Of a stretch of DNA of 64,000 nucleotides, positions 49,301 through 61,175 are shown piece by piece. A program made the position numbers and the translations under genes. The first letter of the stretch is position 1, and each line of letters begins with the position of its first letter. The stretch is from Cyanophora paradoxa CCMP329 (taxonomy: Eukaryota; Plantae; Glaucophyta). The notes beneath the pieces are model-generated. The model was not told where the DNA came from, did no database searches, and saw only the letters and a program-made list of their open reading frames with translations. Where the stretch lies: the NCBI GenBank assembly GCA_004431415.1, contig QPMI01000503.1:1-64000 (forward strand), in the 5' to 3' direction.

Positions 49301-50209
49301 CCCGGACTTCCACGTCCTCTCGTCGGCCCTCACGCTGGACGCGGAGGCGACGCGGCTGCCCGTCGCCCTCGTCACGGGCGTCGTCGCCGGCGTCGGCGGC
49401 CTCCTCCTCTCCGCCGCCGCCGTCGTCGCCCTCGTCGCCATCTTCCGCCGCCGGCGCGCCGCCGAGATGGAGGGCCTCCCCGAGGGCGTCACGCCCCGCC
49501 CCATCAACGTCGCCCCCCGCTCTGCCCGCTCCGCCGAGGAGCTGCTCGACGCGGTGCCGGAGCCGGCGGCCGAGCGGGCGCCCCTCCCCGCCGCCTCCTT
49601 CCTCGGCGAGAAGCCCGGGGCGTGGCCGTCGGCCCTTGCCCTCGGCAACGCGTCGACGCTCGACGCCCGCGCGGCCGCGCAGCCGCGCCCGAGGCAGTGG
49701 GCCCAGCCCCGCTTCGAGGACCCGAATTTCGCGCGGGCGAAGCTGCCGGCGGCTCTGACCGTCGACGAGGAGAAGAAGCAGGCGCAGGCGGCGGCCGCCG
49801 CTGCCGCCGCTGCCGCAGCCGCGGCAGCCGCAGGGGGCGGCCCCGCGCCCCGGGGGTCGTGGTGGGGGTACCGGCGGAGGAAGCGGAGGCGCGAACGCAG
49901 GCGTACTCAGTGGGGTCGGCGATCCTTGCGGCCGTCTCGGCGACGCACTGGCGCCCGCGTCCGAAGCAGGCGCGGCAGGCCCCCAAGCCGGGAGAGCCGG
50001 CCCGCAAGACGCGCACCGTCTTCGCCGCGTACTACGATCGCGCGAACGCGGCGGTGGCGTCGGGCGCCGGGTCTGGTCCCGAGCCGCATGAGGAGCTCCG
50101 GGCCCCCGCCGCGCCCGCCGCGCCCGAGCCCGGCCCGCGGCCGCCTGGGGGGCCGCCGCCCAGGCGGCAGATCTCGGCGAGCCTCCGCCGCTCTTTCACG
50201 TTGGCGTAG
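43314..50209 (+). CDS. Large type I membrane protein with multiple IPT/TIG-like repeats, many short GC-rich introns
   Basis: Signal peptide; repeated GPxxGGxxvTlxGxN units (GPAAGGLPVTLVGVN, GPTTGNVLTVAGTNF, GPLAGGNLLTLTGYN); TM LVTGVVAGVGGLLLSAAAVVALVAIF followed by RRRR. Confidence 0.75.
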
Positions 50210-52271
50210 GATCTTAGTGGCCGGGTAGATAGTGGGAAATTTAGTGGCCTAGTAGCTAGTAGACCGCGTCCTGCGTAGTTGTAACTTTGTACTTAGTGAA
50301 ATGCCATGACTTAGTGATGATCATGCCATGATGATCTGAGAATCAATTCCGGACTTCCGAAATTCGGAAGTTCGGGGATCCGAGATGATATTCAAGCTTG
50401 AATGAAGTAACGTAGGAACCCGCGCGAATTCGAACTTCGGAGCTGTACGACTCACTGAGTCACTGAGTCATGCCGCAGTGCATATCATAGTATAAAAAAG
50501 GGCCACTGACTTGCCGCGCGCGTCAGTTGGGTCCGGGGAAGGGCATTTAACCTCGGCGAATCCAAGATCTAGATGCGCGCATGCAGAGGGCAGCTGCAGG
50601 GACTTAAACTAGCGCTTAATTAAGCTTAAGAAGGCGCGCGCACGGTGGCCGGGCGAGCCGCTGGGCCGGCTCCGGCTGAGGCTGGCCATGCCAGGCGAGC
50701 TCAGCGGCTGCAGCTGTCCTCGCGATCGAGGCGAGCTGTCCTCTTAGAGGTAGGCCTCATGATCGGGGCCTAGCGAGCTAGCTCTAGCTATGTAAGGCGC
50801 GGGCCTTGAGAAGGGGGAGGGAACCTTGTCTGGCCATGGACGTGCTCCAGCTCCTGCAGCTGCCAGGCTGCGCATGCCCCGTGGCCGTCGCGCGCGGAGG
50901 CGTGGCGGGTGCACGAGTGCGCATGTGCTGCGGGTGCACGTGCGTCACGGCGTGGCTACATAGCTAGGGGCTGGCCGGCGCCTCGGCCTCCGCGCGATCT
51001 GGGCGCGGGCACGGGGACGCTGCTCAAGCTCACGTTCCGCTCAAAAAGCGGCGCAGCGGGCCAGCTCATGATCAGCGGCGCCGGCTGCATGCGCAGCAGG
51101 CATGCGCATCGCGCGCGCGCGGGGGCTCTGCGTCGCGCAGCACGCGCGCCGCGCTGGCATCGGCTTGTTGGAAGTGGCATAGCCCGCCAAGTGCGGCCGG
51201 CTTGCGGCCGGCTTGTGCAATTGCGTCGGGGCGCGGTTGGCGCGGGTGAAGCGTGCGCGGCTGGCGCGGCTAGCCGCTGAGCCACAGCAAGCTGCCGCGC
51301 GGGCGAGAGGCGTAACCATTGTTGAGCCGAGCCGAGCTGCGGCGCCCGGGGGAGAAAGCGGCCGGGGGTACTTTAAGAGGTTTTCTCAGGGTAAGTTCGC
51401 ACTCTCCAATGTGATTGGCTAGCGCGCGCGGCGTCCTCCCACGCGACCGCGTTCGCGCCCGGCCTCGCTCTCGCAGTACGGAATGTCGAACATGATGCGC
51501 GCAACGACCTCGAACTGGTCTGGCCCGTATATCTGCTCCCTGTGCGTCGCTGGACCCATTTTTGTCCCGGGTGTTGGTGCCTGTTCCTGGATCACCCTTT
51601 GGTCGGACGGGACCGGGAGACATGGTTTCGGGGTCCCCTGGGGATGCGCTTTCAGGGTGTACCGCGCGGCCCCGGTTTTGCGGAGGTCGGGGAAATGGGA
51701 TTTGGGGTAGGGTTGGACCCAAGGGACAGGGACAGGGGAAGTGTTTTACCCTTCCCCAATGATCATGATTGTCACAGTGTGCAGCGCTTACCGTTGCACT
51801 GCGGCAGCCCCTGAGCCTCAGCCTGGCAGCTGCCTGACGGAGCCCCCCGGGGTTCCGAAGTTCAGCTTGCAACTTGGCAACGGTTTTATCGATGAGACTC
51901 TCAGAGTCTGACTATGTGACGCTTTGATCATGAGATCTCGGGATCTGCGTGACCGTCGGACGCTGTGACGATTATAATCGTGATCATCGTTATCGCGATC
52001 CGGCTTTAAATTTGCCGGCGCGCTGGGTCGAGTCTCGGAGTTCTTGTTGCCGCCAAGTTGCTGGTTGTGTGAGTTAGAGTAGGCATGACCCACTAATCAT
52101 AAGTGACCTCAGGGTCACCAGCACTTCCGGCCCACGAAAGAAAGGCCTACATGCCCTCAGAGCTGCCCCTGCTTTCCCTCCACCTCGCAGCGTCCGGATG
52201 CACTGAAAAAGGGGGGAAATTGCAGCTCATTAAATACATGGAGGGCGGTCTGGGGGCCTCCGCGCGGGGGC

Positions 52272-53516
52272 CTAGAAGAGCGCCGTTGCCTTCTCGATGT
52301 CCTGTGTGTAGAGGTTGGAGGGGTGCAGGGCGACGGACGGCTGTCGGACAGTGAAAGGCCCGCTGTTTGGCCTCCAGGAGCCGTGCGCGGGCCGGCCCTT
52401 CTCCCGTGCCTCGGCCTCCAGCTTCTTGCGCTCCTGCTCGGGATCCGGCACGTACTCGATCTTGTAGAAGAATCCCTCCTGGCCCTGCTTGACGCCCCCG
52501 CACGGCTTGAAGGGCTTCGCTGGCCGCTCGGGCCGCGGCGGCTCGGGCTTGGCGGGCGGGAGCGCCCCGTCGTGCCCGAGGAGCTTGGAGGCGGCGACGT
52601 GCTCCTGCGAGTCGAAGAAGTCCTTCTGGTGGACCATCGTCTTGAAGTTGGGGCGGCCCTGGCGCAGCGCCCGCATCCGCTCCTTCTCCTCCTTCTCCGC
52701 CTTCCGCGCCCCGTCGTACGGATCATTCATGTACTCCGGCGACTTCCCGATCGTCGTGTTCGGATACCCGAAGCCGCCTTTCTTCCCCACGGGCACCAGG
52801 ATCGGCTTCAGCAGCTGAGGGGGGGACGCCGAGCTGGTGGGGGGAGGGGGAGGGGGAGGGGCGCGAGTACGTCAGCGATTGAGAAAGACGAAGACGCCGC
52901 CGCGAGGCGAAGGGCCCACCGAGGTTTCAGGTCCTCGTCCGGCAGGTGGGGGAGCTTGGGCCCGAAAGTGCCCCAATAACCGCCGGAACCCGAGCTGGGA
53001 GGGGCGTCACGCGGGGCGGGGGCGGGGGCGGCGCGCTCCGCGCACTTCTTCTCAGGGGGCTTAGGGGGGACGAATGCCTTTGTCCAGTTCTTCTGCTTCT
53101 CTTTTTCTGTCGCGCGAGAGGCGAGTGGGTGTCCCGGCGCGGCCGCGCCGCGGAGGAGGCCAGTCACCTTGTCGCTCGAGGGCCGCGGGGTCTATGTAAG
53201 GCGAGCCGACCTGCGCGTGCTCAGAAAAAGAAACCGCGGCTGCGGAAAGACCGGATCGCGCACGTAGAGAGACCGGACGTCCTGCAGCTCCGAGTGAGGG
53301 CCGGTCTCAGAAGGGCGCGGGGGACAGAGGATCACGCACGCGAGACTTTCCGCCCCAGTTGTCACCGGTCTGGCCCAGCCTTTGCGGGTTGGTGAGGATG
53401 GACTTGAGATGCTCCGCCGCTACGGTCTTCGTGGCTGGGTCTCCCGAGGACAGGTAGCCCTGTTCCTTAAAGATGCCCAGCCGAGGCTGATCTGTAGTAT
53501 CTCCTTTCGACGCCAT
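52272..53516 (-). CDS. CFAP96: Cilia/flagella-associated protein (C4orf47/DUF4586 family)
   Basis: RLGIFKEQGYLSSGDP, KAFVPP, SGGYWGTFG, GKKGGFGYPNTTIGK...DPYD. Confidence 0.8.
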
Positions 53517-53880
53517 CGCCTCCGCGTGCGGCTAATTCGGCGCAAGCTGTGATTAGCTACGGGAGCGGGCTGGGAGCGGGGTGTACGGAAACTGTTCAGA
53601 GCTTAGCCTCGGGTCGAACCTGGGCGACGAGGCAGCGCCTGGGTGCTGGCTACGCTCCCGCAGCTCGGTCTCCGGTGCGCCTCAAGGAGTCTTCCGGTGG
53701 TGTATTTGCAGCACTTAATAGGCCGTAGTGCTAAATTCTCTTGCGCCGGTGCTGCGTGCGGCGCGTGTGTTGTAGAGAAGAGGGATGAGACGAAATAAGG
53801 GGCTCGTGGTACCCCCCCTACAGCGTTGCAACGGGCGGATCAACACGCCCGCGCATCGAGGCTAGGAGTAGCGCCCTGCA

Positions 53881-55506
53881 ATGGGGAAGCGCATAGGCCA
53901 GTACGTTACTCTGGCGAAGGTCAGTGAGCGTTCGACTCACCGCTCACCGCCCCGCAACCCACGCACTCACCGCCGGCTCGCGTGTACTAGATTGGCTCTG
54001 GCGCCTATGCCGGTGTGTCGGGCCTCCGCGCCTCCGCGCAGCCGAGTCTAACGCCTGCTGCAGATGTCTGGACCGCTCGCAACGAGCAGAACAATGGCGT
54101 GGTCGCCATCAAGATCGTGCCTGTGCGCACGCTTTCGACTCTGGAGCTCGAGAACCTGGACCGTGAGATTCACGTACGTGGCTCGCACGCGCGCGAACGG
54201 CCGCCTTGCGAGCCTCCGCCGCAGATCATGCGGAGCCTGCGGCACCCGAACATAGTAAATCTGGTTAGCTGTACTCTCTCTTGCTAACCGCCGCTTTTGC
54301 AAATGCATCTGATTGTCTTGCAGCACGACGTCCTTGTGCGCCGCGCGCACGAACCAGTTGCGCGGCGGATGCTGATGCGGTCAAATAGAGGGACGACAAG
54401 CACATATACATCGTCATGGAGTACTGCGCCGGGGGGTCCGCGCAACGTGCGAAGCGCCTGCACATGCGCGACTGACTGTGGTTTTTGCAGAGACCTCTTC
54501 GCTTTTATGCAGCGTCGGGCGCCGGTCCCCGAGGGCGTTGTGCGCAATTTTGTAACGCAGCTCGCTTCTGCAATCAGCTTCCTCCACGAGAACAAGCTCG
54601 TGCATCGGGATTTGAAACCTCAGAATGTGCGCTTTTCATTCTTGGTGTTATAATTTCTACGCTCACAGCGCAATCAGATCCTTCTCACACACTCCAGCGA
54701 CAGTGCATGTCTGAAAATTTGCGACTTCGGATTCGCTCGGTATGCTCATGCTGCAGGTGCGAATCCCCCAACAAGAAAATACGTCACTGGCTGCTAATTT
54801 TTTCTTAGACGACATTGCTTGTGGGTCTCCCATGTACACGGTACGGAGCTTCTAATTCGAGTTTGAAAACCTTTCGCGACTTGTAGTGCAGGCGCCTGAA
54901 ATATTGAAGCGGCAAGCGTACGATTCCAAAGCAGACCTCTGGTCAATTGGGACAATCTGTGCGTTGTAGGCAAGTTTGGCGTTCTCTCTTTCTTGACAAT
55001 TTCGGCAGTGTACGAGCTTTTGTTTGGAAAGTCTCCCTTTGAAGGTATGCATCAAGATTCATTTCGAAATACCCACACTGACTCCAAACGTACAGGCCGT
55101 ACCCTCGAGCATCTCCTCTGGAATGTGGAGAATGCTCAGCTAGTCTATCCTCCAGCAATGATGTCGCTCAGCCAGGATTGCCGGCACCTACTCGAGAACC
55201 TTCTTCAGAAGGATCCCAAAGAACGACTGACCATCCGTCAGTTCATCCATCATAAGTTTGTGTCTCCTGAGACCTCAGGATGGCAGAAGTTTGTGAGTGG
55301 CCTCTTTCTCTCACACACACTCGCGAACAAAACCTTTGACGTACTTCAAACAGGTGAAGGTCACTTTCCCCGATCTCATGGATGACATCATCGGGACCAA
55401 GCGGGCGCCATCACCCCCTGCTCAGCTTGTCCGTGCATCTCCTGCACTGGGAATGAAGTCCCATGCTACGCATACTGGCATTCGCCCTGTTCGAGCGATG
55501 CGGTAG
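53881..55506 (+). CDS. Ser/Thr kinase, ATG1/ULK-like, kinase domain plus short tail
   Basis: IGSGAYA, VAIK, HPNIV, MEYCAGG, HRDLKPQN, LKICDFGFAR, CGSPMY, YDSKADLWSIG. Confidence 0.85.
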
Positions 55507-55620
55507 CTGTGCGAGGTTTCATACATGTTGAACATGAGATTTTCATTGTGCCGAGAGCATGCCAAACCGCGTGCTGAGCAAAACTTGCACTTTCTAGGCT
55601 GAGGGCTAGGTCGTACTTCA

Positions 55621-56070
55621 TCTAGATCTGCGATTACGATCATAATTACTATGATTAGGACGTCTTAGCTTTGATCTGCGATTACGATTAGCTAGGGCGT
55701 CTTAGCTTTGATCTGCGATTACGATCGCGATTAGCTAGGGCGTCCTTAATCTAGATCTGCAATTACGATCATAATTACTATGATTAGGATGTCTTAGCTT
55801 TGATCTGCGATTACGATTAGCTAGGGCGTCTTAGCTTTGATCTGCGATTACGATCGCGATTAGCTAGGGCGTCCTTAATCTAGATCTGCAATTACGATCA
55901 TAATTACTATGATTAGGATGTCTTAGCTTTGATCTGCGATTACGATCATAATTAGGGCGTCTTAGCTTTGATCTGCGATCGCGATTAGCTAGGGCGTCCT
56001 TGATCTAGATCTGCGATTACGATCATAATTAGGACGTCTTAGCTTTGCAATTGATCTGCGATTACGATCT
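55621..56070 (+). repeat. Minisatellite with 129-bp higher-order period
   Basis: Core GATCTGC(G/A)ATTACGAT repeated; units start at 55621, 55750 and 55879. Confidence 0.9.
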
Positions 56071-56071
56071 C

Positions 56072-56170
56072 GGCCAGCTTGCTGGTGGGCTGGGCCCGCG
56101 GCCGCGGCGGCCGCAGTGTACATTCCCACACTCGTAGCCCGGACCTGCGTTTTAGTACGTGTCCAAATGC
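56072..56170 (+). repeat. Dispersed repeat copy 2
   Basis: Homologous to 35326-35433. Confidence 0.8.
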
Positions 56171-56530
56171 GTACTGGTTGGAAACTACAGAAGTCATAGA
56201 AAAATTGATGTGGATTCCAGAGTGGATTCCAGAGGGGCTTGAGTGGATTCCATCCAGAGGGGCCCCTGGCCCGTACGCGTCTGATGGCAGGAGAAAGGCA
56301 TCCTATAGCTAGGCGATCCTCCGCTGGGTCCACGCAGCAGGTGCTTCATGTCCACGCTGGTGCCGTGGCCTAGGCCTAGGAGTAAGGCGCCGCGCAGCAG
56401 GCGTTTCGCTTCCTCGCCGGTGCCTTGGCGGATGGGGATGCTCCTGCGAGGGCTCATGCCTTGGGCTCGCGTCTATTGCACGACCACAGCGAACTACCTC
56501 TGATTTTGGAGGTGCCGGGAGAATACACCC

Positions 56531-57405
56531 TTAGTTAATGGCGTAGCCAAACAGGAAGAACAGAATGAAGAAGAGGAGGCCCCCATAGATCAGGGCCTGT
56601 TTCTGCCCGGAAGACAGGCTGTTGCCGCCGAGCCCATAGCCCTGGTTCTCCGCAAAGCCGGCAATCTCCTGGTACTTGCGCACGAAGGCCTGGACAAACA
56701 TCAGACGCCAAACACGGAGTTCGATGCGCGGGCGACTACGCACGCTCTTCGGTGCGCTGCAGACGGGGCATTTGTAGTCCGCCGCGATGTCATCCCACGC
56801 CGTACCTACGAACTGACTCGGATGCGAGCAAAGCGAAAGCCAGCAGACCCGGACGGCCAACAAGCCGCACCAGGCTCTATCCGACGGAACACATCGCCCT
56901 TGTCGACCTCGTACGTGTAGGCGCACGACCGGCACTCGTAATTGTCGGTCGGAATACGGATGAATTGCTCGCGCTCACGGCCGACAAGCTTCTTCCGGAA
57001 CTCGGTTTCCTCGCCCTCCTCGTTCGCAGGGGTGCGCGCGGGCCTGTTGCCAATGAGGCGAGAGCGAAACCGAGCGAGCCGGACGAAGCTCACTCCTCGG
57101 CCTCGGCGACGACGACGGCCGGCGACCAGGCCGGCGCTGTCCGCTTCTCAGCGCGGAAGGTCGCGCCGAAGACACCGGACGCCGAGAAGGCCACCTAAAA
57201 AAACGTTCAAATCATCAGGCGGGGTGTTTGCGCGGGTGAAAGCCGTCTAGAGACGCGGCACACGCACCTTCGAGGTCGTGGGCACGTGCCGGCGCTCCGC
57301 GCGGCTGCGGACGGTCCGCTGGGCAACGTCGGTCTGAACCACAGCGCTGCTGGCTGCGGGGCCGGCCCGGGCGGCGGGGAGGGCGAGGGCGACCGAGAAC
57401 GCCAT
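56531..57405 (-). CDS. rubA: Thylakoid rubredoxin (RubA/RBD1), plastid-targeted
   Basis: YECRSCAYTY...CPVCSAPK, GFAENQGYGLGGNSLSSGQKQALIYG followed by a TM; transit peptide MAFSV. Confidence 0.93.
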
Positions 57406-57923
57406 GTCGCAGCAGAAAGTGGGCCATGGGGGAGCCGAACCGGCGGGGAATCATTTGGGTGGCTCGGGCTCGAGCGCATGCGCAGCATCCAAGCTAAGCG
57501 CTGCCGCAGCTGCGAGAGCCGCGGAGCGCCCCATAGTAGCCCAGCCGCTGAGCGCCAGGAGTGAGCGACCCTCGCGCCATCGACTTCCGCCAGCAGCTGC
57601 AGCCGCCGCGATCTGCCACGCACGCAGCGCTAGCCAAGCCTAGCCAAGGCCACCCCCGATGTCCAGGGTCCGATCAATATATCCGAACTTCTATCATCCG
57701 GAAGCGCCCTGCATGCCAGAAGTGCTCGAAAAATGGCTCAAGCTTCCAGCAAGAGGAATAGAATATCCTGATTGTAGAAAAGGAACGAAACACGCATGAC
57801 TACCCTGCGAAGCGGAACAAAATCGCAGCGTGCGATTCGATGTTGAAACTGGGGGCTGAGCAGACAGGAGAAGGGACCGGAGAAGGCACGGGTGGGGGAG
57901 AAAGAAGCGTGAAAGAAACCTAT

Positions 57924-58688
57924 CTAGTAGTCGCGGGTCGGGCGCCGGGGCGCGGTGCTGATAGAGAGCTCCTCCGGCTTCTGCGCCGCGAAGGGGTGCT
58001 CCGGGCCAGCAACCACCTTGAGGTGGGTGAAGATCTGGCGGCCGAGGGTGTTCTTGGGCAGCATGCCCTTCACTGCGGTCTCGATGATACGCTCCGGGAT
58101 GCGGCTGCGGACGTCCTTAAGCTGCTCAGTCTTCATGCCACCGGGCCGGCCCGAGTGCCGGCGGTAGAGCTTCTCCGACTCCTTGTTGCCAGTGACCGCC
58201 ACCTTCTCCGCGTTCACGACCACGACGTAATCGCCAGTGTCCGCCGCGGGGGTGTAAGTGGGCTTGTGCTTGCCGCGGAGGATGTCGGCGATCTGCACAG
58301 ACAGGCGGCCGAGGCGCTGGTCCGCCGCGTCGATCACATACCACTTCTTGTTCGCCGCAGCGACATCGTCGCCAGAGGGATAATAGCTCTTGTTGCGGGT
58401 GTCCTGCGCACGCGGGGCCGCGATCAGGTCAGCAGGCTGGGACCCATAAAATATCTCTCGCCGACGCCGCGGCCCGGCCGCAAAGCGGGCGCCCCACAAG
58501 CGTCATTGATGGCGCTATAGCGAGCGCCTTACCTTGCCGAGCTTCTCGGTCTCGACCGCGCCGGCCTCAGCAGAAATGCTGAAGGTGCAGATGGACGCAT
58601 TCACGTCCCGAACGGAGGGCGCCGCCCGGCCGAGGAAGCCGCTGCGCTGGCCGACGAGCTGCGGCGAGGACGAGACCGCGAAGAACAT
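57924..58688 (-). CDS. rpl13: Plastid 50S ribosomal protein L13, nucleus-encoded
   Basis: WYVIDA...LGRL...[24 protein letters not shown]...[12 protein letters not shown]...[11 protein letters not shown]; transit peptide MFFAV. Confidence 0.95.
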
Positions 58689-58991
58689 GGCTGCTGATCC
58701 GGCGGAGCCGACGAACTACGATCTTCCCGGGTACGGGCGAACTACACGCTTCAACGTACCCCAAAATTTCAGGCGCACCGCGATCTTGCCTGCCGCACTG
58801 ACTCCGGAGGCCGTGTTTGTTCAATTGCATAATCAGGGGGGATCCACTTGCTAGCCAAGCCCAAAGCCGCAATAGCACAGCCGCCGATCCACCCGCGGGC
58901 CAATCTGGGTCGTGGCGGTTAAGCACGCCGCCTGCGTACGTGCACGCAAATTGCGGGAGGCTCGCAGGCATCGCAATCCGACCGCTCGCAA

Positions 58992-60040
58992 ATGGTGCTG
59001 GCTCGCGTGCCGGCCCCGTTCTTCCCGCTGTTCCTCGCTGGCTCCGCGGCGTCCGTGCTGGCAACTACGCTACTGCTGGCATGTCGCCTGCACTACCTCT
59101 CCGTCGTTAAGAACGAGTTTTACGGCTACCCCGACGGTGCGCCGCCGCCGTTCACCCAGCTTCGCTCGGCCGGCGCCGCTGAGGAAGCGCCACCGCATAG
59201 AGTGGGTGCCGACAATTTCGGCGACGATTGGAGATCATAAGCCTGAGCGGTTCGGCCGCTCACAAGCGCCGCCGCAGAGGCCATGCGCTGACGAGGCCCC
59301 AGAAACGTTTTTATGATCGGCATGGCCCTGTGCGCTGGGCCGAAGTTTGTCACGCTTTTTCTCCACTACGCTGCTTTCGCGAAGACCGCCTGCGCATCCT
59401 CCAAGCGGCTCAAAGGCTTGAACTTGGCGAACCTGGCAGTTGCGTTCGCACGTACGTGGGCTGCCGGCTTCTGGATCTACGTCACCAGCTCCGACTTCCA
59501 CTCCTTCCATATCAGCGCCTTCGTGGGCTACGTGCGTTTCAGAAATTTTGTTCATGTTTGGAGGCTCTCCGGATCCTGAACTTCAGTTGCTCAGCTTCTC
59601 ACATCGATGCTCAACATGATTTTCACAACAATTTTGGCGTTCAAATCTCGACAGAGGGATCGAAAGTCGCCTTATGCGAAGACGATCTTCCTTCTTGGGC
59701 ATCAGTTGGCTTGGTGGACCGCGTTATACTTCTATCTGGAGCACAAGGATGAAGAACCAGGGGGTATGGCTATGGCTCTTTAACCTCTGCTGCTCTGTGC
59801 TCTGTAACTGATGCATCGTCACTGCACAGCGTACTCATACTACGCCATGTGCGAATGGACTGTTGGGATTTGCGATGTGCTCTTCGAGGCATCGGGTATG
59901 TCCCCACACACCAACGTCCGATGGTCCTGTTTGTTGACACCTGTGCAGGGTGGCTGGACTTCAGGGATCTTGAGATCCATCTTGTAGCGATGGGAGGGCA
60001 GGAGCCAGTGGATGCTCTGCAGGGCAGGAAAGAAGACTAG
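58992..60040 (+). CDS. PGAP2/CWH43-N (Frag1/DRAM/Sfk1 family) GPI-remodelling membrane protein
   Basis: FYGYPD|EWVPTISATIGD, ALCAGPKF, ARTWAAGFWIYVTSSDFHSFH, AYSYYAMCEW. Confidence 0.8.
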
Positions 60041-61175
60041 CGCTTGTAGGCTACCTTGTCATTCTAAAAACACCTAGGCCTGAGCAGGTACTTCGAGTCC
60101 ACACTGGCACACGCGGCTGTTGGACTGTCCTTTAATTGCGATTACGATTAGGGCTGGGTAACGAATCGAAGCCTAAGGTCGGACGTCTTTGCTTACCCAA
60201 GGCTCGTGCTTGAACCAGATATATACCCGTGCAGTTCAACGGTTCGGGGAAAGAGCGTAACTGGTACCTGCACCCCGGCCCCGGGGCCCTCGACTTTGAA
60301 GGGAGGGGCCGGGCACCCGCGGCCACGGCCGGTGATCATGACCCCCGGGCCCGTCTGAGGAGAAGGGAGGTGCCACGGCCGCGGTGCGCATGCACGTGTG
60401 GAGAGCTATAGCCACTAGGCTACGTTTACGTATACGTATATACGTATATATATGTACGCCAGAGCAGGCGCTTCGAGTCCACAAATTTAAACGTATACGT
60501 ACGTATACCGTACGCGTAGTACGTGCACATGCACGTACGCGTATATATGCATATGCCGCAGTGCATGCCGCAGTGCTCATCACCGTGGCACGTGCACGCG
60601 GCATGCACATGCATGCATGCAATATTCAATCATTGATCATGAATGACTGATCGATATACATATCAGGATGCCGCAGTGCCGCCTCAGGGCCTCCCGGCCC
60701 GATCCTGCGAGAGAGCCTCAGGCCAGAGCAGGCGCCAGGCGCTCCCGATCCTGCGAGAGAGCCTCGCAGAGTCGCAGAGTCGAGGTCAGAGCCTCGCGAA
60801 TGGACTCCGGGAGAGCCTCGGAGGATTTGCACGCACATGGCCCACTAGTACTGAGGTGGCCCGGGTGGCCGTCACGTTAGCTAGAGCTATAGCGAGCAAG
60901 GACGATGCCGAGCGCGTCATCGAGAAGCTGCAGCTGGCCATGGCATGGGACCGGGCCTGGTTGGTATGTTAATATGCATGACTAGTACACCAACACATTC
61001 CCGGGCCAGCAACAATGCACATAGTAAATGTGAAGGATAGAAGGCGCATCTACGGGTGTCCTGCAAATAAAACGAAGGTTCAGGTCCTATTGTGGTGGTG
61101 GAGCTGTACAATATTCTGGCTACTTAGTCGAAATACGCTCCATGTGCGCAATCATACGCCTCTGCCTGGCCCTGC

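Noticed and set aside
50900-51900. Possible small gene (exon-like GYFKRFSQG|gtaag and YGMSNMMRA)
   Set aside because: Splice-like signals are present but I could not build a coherent, recognisable protein
55621-56070. CRISPR-like repeat-spacer array
   Set aside because: The intervening sequences are themselves repeated (satellite), and there are no cas genes
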